The translations under genes and the position numbers were made by a program. The notes beneath the pieces are model-generated. The model had not been told where the DNA came from. It did no database searches and saw only the letters and a list, made by a program, of their open reading frames with translations. Below are positions 1 to 12,728 of a stretch of DNA of 64,000 bases, in pieces; positions within the stretch are counted from its first letter, which is position 1; every line of letters starts with the position of its first letter. This stretch comes from Calcarisporiella thermophila CBS 279.70 (Eukaryota; Fungi; Calcarisporiellomycota), in contig NW_027192192.1 in assembly GCF_041956535.1 (NCBI RefSeq), positions 117,700 through 181,699 of the forward strand, written 5' to 3'.

Positions 1-374
1 CCCGGGTGAATAGCACCCTTCATCTTCGGAGAATGCTTCAAGCTCTTGGCTCGGCCTCCCATGAAGACGTTTGTATATGTCCGCCAAAATCTTTATAGAT
101 GACATATAAGCAGGCAAAGATACGGAATCACTACTGCAATGGCCTGGAGAGTTTAGCAAGGTTAATGCTCGGCGGTAACTGACAATTGTTAATAAACGAG
201 GTACGCACTCTCGCAATGAATCAAAGTATTTTCAACCAGGCAGTTGTTTGTAGGGTAGCTATATGCGTTGCTGACTATTCGGCTACTACTTGGTAGCGTT
301 TCTTTTCTTTGAGAAGAGAAGCTGTAAGAAGTTCACTGCAACTGAGAGTAGACGCTACATTACATGTTCAGGTT

Positions 375-1405
375 GGAAATTCCAATTCTGATCAGACATA
401 CAGAATTTAGAAATCGGGGATTCAAATTCCCAGGAGAATCTGCAACTGTTGATATGGAGAGTTTCCAACAAGAATCAGGTAGAATCAAATAAGAATTATG
501 AATTTTGATTGGCCAAACTATTCATAGCTAAATCCTTAGTGCTATTTGAGAGCCAAAAACTCTATTATCCATGCTTGAGCTTTCATTTTTAGTGTAGTAG
601 ATTCACATTCGCATGTAGTTGTTTTCTATTTACTTGATTTAATATATTAATATATACCCCAAAACTTTCCTTGATATTTACCATAATACTCACCTTCGAA
701 TCTACTTTAAAGCCCTAAAATCTAACTAGACTTGCTAGTGGCTTTTAATCCACTCCTTGAACCCCCAAAGCTTTAATAAATTGACTAGAGGTTCGAGAAC
801 AACTGATAATAGCCTCAAAGAGAAAAAGGATTTTCTCGCTAACATAATGAACCTCTTTCCTTTGAGGTAATCAACCGTTGCTCTTGTACCTCTATCTTAT
901 GCTAGGAATTTCTCCCATATTTACAACTTCCCGTAAAAAAACATATCCATGTACATAACCCTTCAAAGAAATGGTAGTCAGGGAATTCGCAGGAGACTGC
1001 CAAGAGAGTGGGATGGAATTTCAGGCTTAAACCAACTCCCTAAGAGTATAAGAATGAAAATACAATACTTTGGCCCCATTGCTTCTTTCGAACTCCTCCT
1101 GTCCCCTCTTTTTTCTTCTTTTACCTCTTTCCCTTTTCCTCTTTTCCTCTCCATGCGTTCCAGGGACGGTTGTGTCACCCCCTTATTATTCTTTATGGGC
1201 ATTTTCTGGTGAATTTCAATTTTCTCTTCAATCTTACTCAGAACCGCTATGTGCAAGTATTGTATTATTTTCATAGGAAAAAGATAAGATCGAAATTTCT
1301 CGATCAATAGGTTCCTCATTTTCCTCCGGTCTGCTGGTCCTTTCATAGTGGAAAACTTGATTAATAGATTTTTCGCTTGAACCCCGCGGTCGTTTGTTTC
1401 TTGAG
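375..1405. mobile_element. Decayed copy of an interspersed DNA-transposon-like repeat family
   Basis: Shares ordered sequence blocks with 57533-57610, 58990-59302 (reverse complement) and 62919-64000. Examples: CAGACATAC..ATTTAGAAAT, ATCCAT(G/C)CTTGAGCT(T/C)TCATTTTTAGT, CCACTC..TGAACCCC, AACCGTTGCTC..ACCTCTATC. The degenerate minus-strand ORF MKGP.. recurs near 63920. Confidence 0.7.
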
Positions 1406-1646
1406 AGGGTTTCTAAAAAAAAACGAAAGCAACCAGTTGAGAAAATAGCTTTCTGGAATTATTGCTATGAACAATAAATTTTTAAAGATATTGACATTAC
1501 AGATACAACTGATACTTCAATTTAAATTCAGCATATCTCTCAGATTTGAATCTCTCAAGTATCTGAGCTTAAATTTAACGAGTCGAGAGGAGAGGATGAA
1601 TAGAGGGTTTATTGCCATTATATAGAAACGGGAAAATCTACAATAA

Positions 1647-4600
1647 TCAGTTCTTTTTCTTCTTATTTGAGTTTTTACTTGCTTTTCCGGAAGCCGCCAC
1701 CTCCTCTGATGCTCTTCTCTTTTTGTCTGCTTTCACGTCTCCTTTGACTTCATTCTGGATTCCGTTGCTCACTACAGGCGTAGTCTCTTTCCTCTTATCG
1801 ACACTTAGCCCGGGCACAAAAGGCTCCACCAGCTCCATCTTTAACTTTTGTCGCATACCCCCAGCACCACCTCCCTGCAAATCTTCATCCACGGATATGC
1901 ACACCTCGACACGCGCAAACAATCGGATGGAGGTCTCTCCGTGTGGCGCATCCAGACTTCCAGTTTGCGGGTTATAGACCAAGGGCGAGTCGGACGCTTT
2001 CTCAGCAACCGCAGCAGAGGCAGGAGCACTCGTATAGACAATCCCCTCAATGCCGTATTTAGGTACCAGAGTGATGAACCCGTTCTTAAGGACCCGTACA
2101 ACGTATCCCTCTTCAACCTGAGACTTGCCCTTGAAGAACAGGTTGGTGTAGAGTTCGACCGAGCTGCGTGCGGCAAGTTGAGCCATGCGATTTCGATGAT
2201 TGAGTACTAAAGAAATTCAACTGATGATGAATTTTATTCGGGAATGGTACTTAAGCAATGAGCTCACCATCACACAGCTCCTGCATTTTGACCTTGTTGG
2301 TGATTTCTTCACCATATTGGAGATCAGCATCGATACAAGCCGAGAGTTGTCGATGTACGATGACATCTAGAATTAAGATACAAACGTTTGTCAATCGATT
2401 CCAATTGCTAAATACTAAAAAAGGACTCACCTGAGTAACGACGAATAGGTGAAGTGAAGTGTGTATAGATCTCTGTAGCCAAACCATAATGCCAGTAGTC
2501 TACCTCGGGCACCGTACCAGAGCTGAAGTATAACGCTTGCATCATGCACCGTGTTGTCATGATCCGCAACAATTTGTTAAAATACGGATCGTTTTCCAAA
2601 ACAGCCTTATCCAGCGAGTCGGCAAGTGCTTTGCTGGTCTCTACATTCAAGGCAACTCCGAACGGCTCAAGTGCTTTTTGCAAGGGCTCGAAGTTTGTGT
2701 CCGGAGGTTTTGGATGACGGCGAAGCATGGAAGAATCCGGGAACTTGGCGTGGATACGTCGAGCAACAGAAATGTTGGCGAGCAACATGAATTCTTCTAC
2801 CAAAGCATTCGTCTCCTTCAGCTCCTTCATCTCAACATCAACGGGGTCTTGAGAGTCATTCTCAAGCTGGAAGCGGACTTCAGGGCTTGCCAGCGTAAGA
2901 GCACCACGTTCCATACGACGTGCACGAAGCTTTTTGGCCAAACTATTAAGGTGGCGTAAGCCCTTTGTAATATCATCTTGGAGTCGTCTTAAATCGCAAA
3001 GATAAAATTTTTGAAGGATTAGAGCTCTGGGAATAAATAGAAAGCACTCTGACGCATAAATAGAGACTTACAAGTCATCAATCCGATTTTGTGCCTCGTC
3101 GTACGTGAAGGAGAATCTGGATCTGATAACACTTTTTGTGAATTTGACATCTACAATTTCTGCTTCCGGGTTCAGCTCCCAGATACAAGAGAAAGCCAGG
3201 CGATCGACGTCGGAACGCAGTGAGCACAAGTCTAGACAATAAATTGGAATAACACCATTATATATAACGAGCTACCTATATTCCACGTGTATTTAACTCA
3301 CTCGTTCCCAGTAGTCCAGGAAGCATGTCAATTCTCTTATCGACTAGGTATACTGTGGTTCCTCTGTTGGCGGCCTCGGTATCCATCGCGGTTCCAGGTT
3401 TAACGAAATAAGTGACATCGGCAATATCTAAATCAGGAAGAGAAATGAATCGAGGTACAAGAATCGGATTGCACTTTTTTGTATACTCACGAACTCCAAC
3501 TTCATAGTTTCCGTTCTCGAGCGATCTTACATGCAACGCGTCGTCGATATCAGTACAGCCTATAAAGGACATCCAATAAATTTATTAATGCGGGCGACAC
3601 ATCAACCTATGTGCTTCTACTCACCGGGGGGATCGATACTGCACACATCTAAGCCTCTGAGATCAATTCGATTTTTCAAGTGTTCATCCTGCACCACCCA
3701 AGTATCTCCCTCGATGGGGAGATCGGCCAAAACCGTCTTTGAAAATTCGTGGTGAGGTACCTCATGCTCAAGCAATAATACCTCCGTCTCCGTTTGTTTG
3801 TCACCAGCCGAGCCCAAGGCTTTTACAAAGTGTCCAATGGGGTGTCTTAGAAATATGGAAACAATTAAAGCACCGACAAGTAAAAATACTAGAGAGAATA
3901 AGCTTACAAGGACTGCTTCGGCCACGAATCTACAGCAACCACTATTCGCTGTCCAACAAGCGTGTGTGCCTGGCGAGTGCGTATTTTAATCTTTGGGATG
4001 CGGCGGTCGATGGAACGGAAGAATACGTTGTGTGCAAGCGTGGAGCCTTCTGACGTAGCAATGGATTGCTTGTCTATGAAACCACAAAATGGCCGCCAGC
4101 CACGCTTAACAATCCCAACCACCTTGCCAGTCGGTTGGGGAGGATCGGTGGATTCAGCTTCTTCTGCTTTTGCTTCAGCCTCAATTTTTTCACTCTCATC
4201 TCCGTCTAAAACCTTTTCTTCGTCTAAACTTCAATTAGTGTTGGCCTTGCATTGAAAGCTATTCAGGATCTCCTACCCTCTTCGGTCATGACGGTCGACG
4301 GTGACCGCTTCCATTCTTCTTTAGGTAACAATTCGACAGCAACCACGTCCCCCTGCATAGCGCGATTCAAGTTCTTCCGTCCTAGAATGGTGATCGTCCG
4401 TTCCTGACCGTCGACCATACCATAGATAGAGCCTTCCAAGAAATTGTGAAGACTGATGCTCAGGGTTCCTTGCTGAAGTCTGCCTGCTTTGATGCCCGAT
4501 TGGATTTGTAAAGGGGTCAAATGCTATATTTACAAACATCGGGTCACTCAATATTGCGTGCTCAATAGTATGTTTAACAAACAAACCTCATCGTAAGAAA

Positions 4601-5542
4601 AATTCTTCTCGTTCGAGGACACCGAGTTTTCTCCTTCCGCAACCATATCCGCCAGTTCAGGAAAATCAGTGAGCATACCAACATAGTCACGTACTATAAA
4701 AAGGAAAAGAGATCAATCCAACTGAAAAAATTTATCAACCATCCTTGCGCACATTACCTGAACAAGCAAGCACACGATCCTCTCTGGCTTTGCTACAATT
4801 GGCAACGTCATCACTAAGCATCACGGCAGCAACCGGTCGACCTCCCTTAGCTAGTTTCGCGAGATGTTCGGAGTACCATTTTGTGGCCGTGCGGATGGCT
4901 ATAATGATATATGTTAACACAATATTGAAAAATGGTATATAAATTTTATGCGTACCTCTGTCATTTCGGTCATTAGGCGACTCATTCGGCAATTTTTCAA
5001 TATATGTTTCCCTAATACGATCGGAAAATAAAGTACATTATTAAACTTGCCCTTTTACATGCACGTGGTTCGATAAAGCTAGATATATACCTATGATGTT
5101 CATTTGAGAATACGAAGAACCTTCGCTCAGGATCCGAAATAATGGCTCTCAAGCGATTATATATCGCAATCTTAAGATGTCGCACTTCCTCTAGTACTGT
5201 CTGTAGAACAATAACATCACACACCGCCTTGTGCTCCATGATGTCAATCTACAGCCAAAAATGCATGATAAATTTTAAAGAATAACGCAGAGGGCCATAT
5301 ATAAATACCTGGTTCATGAATACATTAGTGTCTGGTACGATGTAGTGTGATCCAAATTTCGAGACCGATCGCGGCTCTTTATCAAGTAGAACATGGGTAG
5401 CCGAAGATCCATCCGCGATAGTGGGGCACAGAGTACACCCATCAACACCACACGCGATATCATCTCGCAGATAGTGCTCTTTCACCACCTTCACCACATT
5501 ACCCTTTCTGGTACGTTTAACGAATGCCTTCGACCGCAGCAT
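1647..5542 (-). CDS. DIS3: Exosome catalytic subunit Dis3/Rrp44 (multi-exon)
   Basis: N-terminus [32 protein letters not shown] domain (PDTN, NDRNDR), RNB motifs [15 protein letters not shown] and [12 protein letters not shown]-terminal S1 domain. Confidence 0.97.
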
Positions 5543-5762
5543 AACGTGAAGGCGGGTTAAATAGTGTGGTAGAGCAATATATTACAAAGTGCCAAAATGA
5601 AAAAATGTGACTTGAAATTTTCCTAGTCACTAATAAATAAATGATGACGGCAATTGGGAGTGACTGTTTCGAGGCTTAGAATTCCCCAGCCTGAGAATAG
5701 GATTATCAGTCGGCCGACTATTACGCGATAGCAAGCGAAGCATTGACACATATACTCCCACC

Positions 5763-8700
5763 ATGTCGCTCTCCCAGTGGCGACAATTCAACTTCTTTGA
5801 CACGGAGCTTGTGACAGATGGGTTCGATACTCCCGAATCGTTCCCGGTGTTTCAGGTGAGTAAATCCTAATCTCCATCATTCCGTTGAATTTTTTTTTTT
5901 TGCCACAGCTCAGCCAATGCTAACTCTAATATACTGAATATAGAAAGCAGATATAACGGCTACGACAAGTGGCCGTGGCCATATCATAGTCTCGGACTCT
6001 TCGGGATGCATTCACATTATCGATCGAACATTCAGCGTACTGTCGTTTCAGGCATTTGATGGTGGACGCGTCACTCATCTGAAGCAAATGAAACAGAGCA
6101 ATATATTGGTTGCCATTGGGGTATGCATCTATTTTCATCTTTATTGTTGGTAGTCTACTAATGTTTTCCTCCCGATACATTTGCCTCGATAGGAGGAGAG
6201 TGCTGTTTCTTCTCATCCAATTGTTAAAGTATGGGACTTGGATCGCCAAGAAAAAGGCAAAAATACACCGCTTTGCGTGCGCACGATTCGTTTACAGCAT
6301 GACTCTAAACCATATCCCGTAATTGTTCCTGTTTGTTCACTTGACCTATTCTGAATTAATGTAAAGGTTTTGCATAGGCATCTTGTCTCGCAATTCTAGA
6401 AAACATGTCACAGATGGCAGTTGGGATGGCGAATGGTTCTGTGATAATCATCCGGGGGGATATCTCACGCGATCGCACCGTAAAGCAAAAAGTAATTTAT
6501 GATGGAAACGAGCCTGTAACTGGTAATGGGTATTGAATGCTCTTCTTGTGGCATCACTACTTACTGGGTTTCTCGTAGGTCTCGGATACAGAGAGCAACA
6601 CAAGTCGACTACCCTATTTATTGTTACAACCAGTCGTATATATACCTATAATAGCTCTGGAAAGGGGCATTTGGTATGTCACTTAGCTAGATAAATATGC
6701 CATCATGAGATATAAAATTTACACCCATACTTTATTTGGCCTGCAGCAATTATTAGATGAACATGGATGTGGACTTGGGTGTGCTGTATTGACAGATATG
6801 GCGCAGGAAATGGTCATTGGTCGTGACGAGGTAAATCACTGTACAGAAGGAATCACCCTTCATCCTGTTGATCTAATCTCAACTCTGCTAGGCAATTTAC
6901 TTTTACGGGCCAGATGGTCGTGGCCCATGTTTTGCTTTTGAAGGTTTATATTACACGTCCGCTCTATTAAATTAGAGTATTCGTACTAAATTACTTTTAC
7001 CTAATCAGCTCCAAAGTCGTCGCTAACTTGCTTCAAGAACTACCTTATCATTGTGTCCCCACCCATTTATTCAGCGCAAAAGCTCGATGCCTCCACCCGC
7101 AAGGCTTTATCACTTTCCCCGCCTCCTTCCACCACAAATAGTTACGACACCACCACAGTAACGATATTCGACACACAAAACAAGTTCATTGCGTTGACGC
7201 ATGAGTTCCCCCAAGGTGTCCGTGCAGTCGTGTGCGAGTGGGGCTATGTTTATGTGATTACCTGCGATGGAAAAGTAATTCCAGTTTTACATGCCTCAGG
7301 CTTGATCATGTACTTACCCTTCATGTTTTGTTTCAGCTCTATGCATTAGAAGAGAAAGACACACCCACTAAGCTGGATATTTTGTTGAAAAAGAACCTCT
7401 ACCTACTTGCCATCAATCTAGCGCGATCCCAGAAGTATGATGACACAGGCATTGCAGATATTTTCAAGAAATATGGTGACCATTTGTACAGGTATGTGAC
7501 CCTTTTCTCTTTGTGTTGTGGGAGAGTAACTAATAGGGATTTGTGCAAATAGCAAAGGAGATTATGAAGGAGCCATGCAGCAGTATATCCGAACCATTGG
7601 GAAATTGGAGCCCTCTTACGTTATTCGCAAAGTATGTGCCAAAAATTTGCTTATCTAGCTGATTTGTTCATAATTCGCTGCTTTGTAGTTCTTGGATGCC
7701 CAGAGGCTCTACAGCCTTACCTCCTATTTGCAAGAGCTCCATTCACAAGGACTTGCCAACGAGGATCATACTACGCTACTTCTCAACTGCTATACAAAAC
7801 TTAAAGATGTGACGAAACTGGATCAGTTTATCAAGGTAAGCTAATGCACATTAATGAAATCTTCAGTGAGAGCCTTCGATTGATTTTCGGTAAATTTTAG
7901 TCGAGTAGCGAGTTGAATTTTGATCTTGAGACCGCGATCAAAGTGCTTCGCCAAGCCGGATACTATGAGCACGCGCTGTATCTTTCTGAAAAATACACGC
8001 AACACGACTTGTAAGTGGCGTGTCAATTCGCAAAGCCTCTAATCCTCCATTTATAATCTTTTCTTCAACTAGATATCTTCAGATTCAAATTGAACACATT
8101 AAAGATTACGATAAAGCTCTCAAGTATATTCGCCAACTCAAATCCTTGGAAGCCGACCATAATCTTCAAAAATATGGCAAAGTTCTCTTGAAGCACCAGC
8201 CTGAAGAAACTACCTCCCTACTCATCGATTTGTGCACTGGAGTGCTTCATTCTGCCGCTTCAGCCTCTTATCACTCATTCCAATCCCATGGCCCATCTCC
8301 CCCGACATCGCACTCGTTTTCAATTTCTCTCCCGTTTTCTCACCGCCCTAGCATTTTGCGAACAGATAGCTCAGGCTCACTGGGTGCACCACCGGCACCA
8401 GCACCACCGCCTCCTGTTCGAACATCCACGTTAGATACCCGGCCCCCACCCCAACCAACCCGATTCATGAGTTTGTTTGTGGAACAGCCCGAGTACTTGA
8501 TTAAGTTTCTGGAGGAGACGGTGAGGAGACGGTGGGAAGAGGTTGAAAAGGCCCCACGAAATGAGGGACCGGAGCGAGTGCTTGTAGACAAAACTGTGAG
8601 CGAAAGCCACATTGCGGAACAGGAAGAGAAGGAAAAGCGAGCCGTATGGAATACCTTGCTTGAGCTCTACCTAATGGACGACACCGCCAACCCCAGCATA

Positions 8701-9712
8701 GCCCTTGACAACTCATCCGAGCCGCGCCAGTCGAGTTCTCGGCGCGTGGAACGCCGCGAGAAAGCTCTGCGGCTCCTAGTCGATTCCAATGTCAACTACG
8801 ATATTAACCAGGCTCTCATCATGTGCCACTTAGCGCGGTTTGATGCCGGTGTCGTCTACCTACTTGAGCGCGAGGAGAAGTACGCTGATATCTTACGGTT
8901 TTGGATGGAAAGAGAGAAACCCGAGCTGGTTATAGAAGGACTACGAAAATATGGGTAGGGGCTCTTGAAATGGATTTCATTCCAACCAAACATTTTTTTT
9001 TACATCTATATACCCCACACAATCCATAGACAAAAAGATCCGTCGCTCTATCCGCTTGCACTCTCCTATCTCTCTTCCACCCCCTCCACCCTTGATGCCG
9101 CCGATCTCCACCAAGTGCTCACCCACATCAATAAGCATAACCTCCTGCCTCCGCTCCAAATTGTTCAAGCTCTGAGTCAATCCTCCGTGGCCACCGTCGG
9201 CATGGTCAAGGATTTCCTTGGGAGTAAGATTGAGGAAGAGCGCCGCCGCTGCGATGAGGACACCAAACTCATCCAGAGCTACCGTGCCGAGACGGAGAAG
9301 AAGCGGCGCGAAATTGAAGAGCTGCGGCGCGAAGCAAGAGTGTTCCAGGTGACCAAGTGTTCGGGATGTGGAGGTCAGCTGGATCTGCCGTCAGTGCATT
9401 TCCTATGCCGCCACTCGTTCCACCAAAGGTGCTTGAATGACGGGGGCGAGAAGATATGCCCGCAGTGTGCTGTTGAGCAGCGGATGGTGGGAGAAATCAG
9501 AGCTGCGCAGGAGCGCAATGCTCAGCGGCATGACCTCTTCTTTGCACAGGTAAATCCTTCACTCTCTGCCCTCTCTATAGAGACATCTTTTCTGGATACT
9601 GGTCGGAAAACTGACATTTCGTGTATAGATGGAGGATACGGACGACGGATTTTCCGTTATCGCGGACTACTTTTCCAAGAATTCATTCATGTTTGCTCGA
9701 CTGATCGACTAG
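5763..9712 (+). CDS. VPS11: Vacuolar protein sorting protein Vps11/Pep5 (HOPS/CORVET, multi-exon)
   Basis: ATG at 5763 gives MSLSQWRQFNFFD. Also IFKKYGDHLY, LEPSYVIRKFLDAQR, and a C-terminal RING CSGCGGQLDLPSVHFLCRHSFHQRCL..CPQC. The last exon, 9629-9712, reads DGFSVIADYFSK..ID*. Confidence 0.96.
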
Positions 9713-10170
9713 CGTCACCGCTGGCTGAAGGTTGAAACTCAGCCGTCCGTCCGTTTGATGAGTGCTAGATTCTTTTTTCCTATCCTTTGCTCTCCTAATC
9801 TCTCAACCCCCTTTTTTAGCTCGACTTCTTAATAAATAATGTTCCCAATGGACTCAATTAAATATCCACAGCCGATACAGGATTCAGCGAGAAAACGTCT
9901 TGTTTGAAGATCATAAAAACAAGCAGCATAAGAAAAATACAAGTGATCAAGGGTGGAAACTGGATTAATTTGGGGGGGGGGGGAATTTAAATGGAAGCTC
10001 GACACCTATTTATATATATAACAATGGAGAGAGAAAGAAAAAAGTAATATAAAGCAAAATATAGAAGAAAACAAGTAAAAAGCAAAAGCAGGTGTATAGC
10101 AAACAAAAGAAAAACAAAGACATCCTCCATCCTTTATCAACGCATGTCTACTTTGAGTAGGCGAATCCCC

Positions 10171-11372
10171 TCACTTTCCGCATCCTGGGCATCCTCCAAC
10201 CTGCTCTGTAAGATTGAATGGCTTATACCGCCCAAAAAGAAATGTCCCCACGGCTATCCCGCCAACAACGGCGAAGAACAAGCCCACGTTAAACGTCATT
10301 GTGACCAGCATCAGAGCATAGGCAATCGTGGAGTCCACGAATTGCAGGGCCGCTCTCTTAAAGTCCCTGGTCACACCCTCCCGGGTGAAAGCCGCGCGCA
10401 GGAACCTGTGGATCCAACTCTGCTTGGTGAGGCCATCGCTCATGTCCGTGGAGCGGAAGCTCTGCTGAGCCCAGCGGGCTTCCAGGATGCTGCGAGAGAC
10501 AGTGAGGGCCTCATAGAGGATGGCAATGATGAAGATTGCAATCCAGGCACCAGCATATTGACCAGGGGTGCGTGGTACCCATTCGCGGAAGAGGACATAG
10601 TCCATCAGACCAGTGTGGAAGTACATGCGCATCTGCGGAGCACTGGTGGAAGACGAGGGATCCGAGGTGCAGTAAGGGAGTTCGGAAGCGGCAGCGCACA
10701 TCGTCTTCCATTTTCCACATTGTCTCTATAGGAAATGAACATATAGGAACGTAGTTAATTTCACGTCGAGAAGTATCAAAACACATCCACACCCACCATA
10801 TCTGGCATTGCTTGACACAGCTGGCTATATACAGCAAATGGATCGCATTTCGTCATCAAACTTCCCGGCGGCATCTTAGGGCATTTCTCGCACCCGTCCA
10901 TGTCCATCTCCGTGCAAATGCTCCCCACTAGGTCGGAAGCCTCCATTGTGGTGGGAAGACCAGACAGGGCGGGCTGAGCGTCACATTGGGGCCCACGGGG
11001 GGCAGTATAGGTTGCATTGCGGGAGCAGAGCGCCACGTAATTCTTGCATCCTCTCATGCGGGGCATATCGGTGGCACAAATGTCCGCAAGCAAGGAAAAG
11101 GAATTGCAAGATTTGGACGAGCTGAGGTTGGGTGTTTCCTGGCAAGTTTTCTGGACAGTGCAGCCGGACATGAAAGGCATTTCTGTGCACAGGTCCTTCA
11201 AGTCGGCGGCAATAGTTGCTTCATCGAGTTGGAATGAAGCGCATTGCGGGCGACTCATGTCTGCAAGGCACGAAAGATTGGAAGGGGCAGCGGCGCCCGG
11301 ATTTTGGGCAGACGCGAACGCCGCCATTAGGAGGACAACGACAACGAACGTTTTCTCCATGGAAGTGAGCAT
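10171..11372 (-). CDS. Ctr-family copper transporter with signal peptide and Cys-Met-repeat ectodomain (exons 11372-10797, 10725-10171)
   Basis: Ctr motifs: MRMYF before TM1, MLVTM (MxxxM) in TM2, GIAVG (GxxxG) in TM3, C-terminal CPGC. The N-terminus has a signal peptide and four CxxM(xx)MxxC-type repeats. The start could alternatively be 11360. Confidence 0.93.
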
Positions 11373-11911
11373 GGCTCTCTTTTCGGCAGAGGGATGCAGT
11401 TTAGGGCAACCAAAGATGCTACTGACTCGGCAACAATGTATGGGTAAAAGGGAGGGAGAGAGTTTAAATAAGAATGGAGACACGCTAGCCCGGCAATGCT
11501 TTATTTGTCTAGGCTCTCTTTCTTGGTCTATCCACTAAAACACGGATAAATGGAGAACATACAGGTGAGCGTAGGGAAAGCCAACGGTGTACGTAAAGAG
11601 CTGCATTTTATATTTCTCCTATAAGTTGTGCTATGAATCGACAATCAGGCAGTCACATATTCTATTGTATACGGGTTGTTAATAAATGGAGGTTATTAAT
11701 TTTAAAATAGGACAGGAATGCTTAAAACATCCGAAACAGGAATGCAGGGGGGGGTCCCCATTGAAATGTTAATTAATCGAATTCCCCCCCCCCTTCCATT
11801 TATTGTTTTGAAGTCAGACAAAGGGTGACAATAACAAAACGAAAGCGAAGCTTATATATTTTTTAAACTTCCTGTCGCGTTCCCACCATTCGACAGTTTT
11901 CTCTATCCAGC
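11373..11911. promoter_or_regulatory. Shared divergent promoter of the Ctr gene and its GPI-anchored paralog
   Basis: About 540 bp between two divergent ATGs, with a direct repeat ACAGGAATGC at 11712-11721 and 11736-11745 and a TATA-like TTATATAT near 11852. Confidence 0.6.
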
Positions 11912-12728
11912 ATGAAGACCCCCTCCTGCTTCGTACTTCTTCTCTGCGCTCTGGGCGCCTCTGCACAGCAACAGAACTGCGCCGCCACCCCCACTGATGC
12001 TAAGTGCGCGGATTACACCCCTGCTAACGCACAGCAGCAGCTCGATTCCATTTGCACGGCCCAAAATAATCTCCCTGCCTGCAGCATCTATGGCGAGTGC
12101 AAAAAGGACACCACGCTCCCCCAGAGCGTCTGCTCCCCCGCGGTGCTCCTCGCCACGGCCTGCACTCGGGACAATGTCACGGCGGCCGATGCGTGCTCGG
12201 AAATTAAGCAGCTGTGCGGCGCCGGCACCGCTGTGAAGCTGTGCTCGCAGGCTGTCCCCGCTCCTTCGGCGAAGGACGCGAGCCGGGACCTCTACAGCGC
12301 TTGCTCACAGATGCCCGAAATGAAGAGTTGCACCATCTGCCCCCAGAAACCCGACGCAACCACGAATGTGTTCCAGTGCAACGTTATGTCAGCCTACTCT
12401 GCGCTCTGTAACGAGATGGGTACCCATGTAAGTTACCATAATAAGCATCGATCTTCAATGGAAGGCCTCATCCATTAATCCCCTTCCTGCCCCCATTTTC
12501 CAATAGAGCGAGTGCGCCAACTGGAAATCGTTCTGCCAAGCCACCAATAACTTCAAACCCTACTGCTCTGGGGCTGGAAGCAGCGGTGGCCACGATATGT
12601 CCAATCACAACCACAACGCTAAGCCATCTTCTACCCCATCCTCCACGCCAAAGGCGTCGTCTGCCTCCACCCTTGTATCCACAAGCTGGGGCCTGATGGC
12701 TATTGCACTCGCGGTTATCATTATGTAA
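11912..12728 (+). CDS. Secreted, probably GPI-anchored Cys-rich protein homologous to the neighbouring Ctr ectodomain (exons 11912-12427, 12507-12728)
   Basis: Signal peptide, and Cys spacing matches the Ctr ectodomain (CSQMPEMKSC; YSALCNEMGTH|SECANWKSFC). Followed by HDMSNHNH, an S/T linker and a hydrophobic C-terminal tail WGLMAIALAVIIM*. Confidence 0.88.

Noticed and set aside
1-365. Possible minus-strand spliced gene fragment (..NTLIHCE|SHCSSDSVSLPAYMSSIKILADIYKRLHG..) running off the window
   Set aside because: It has a plausible intron but no in-frame ATG before a stop, and no recognisable family. It may be truncated by the repeat at 375 and cannot be supported.
10144-10731. 195-aa plus-strand ORF and similar long antisense ORFs (22936-23694, 25252-25695)
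   Set aside because: These are shadow ORFs opposite GC-rich real genes.
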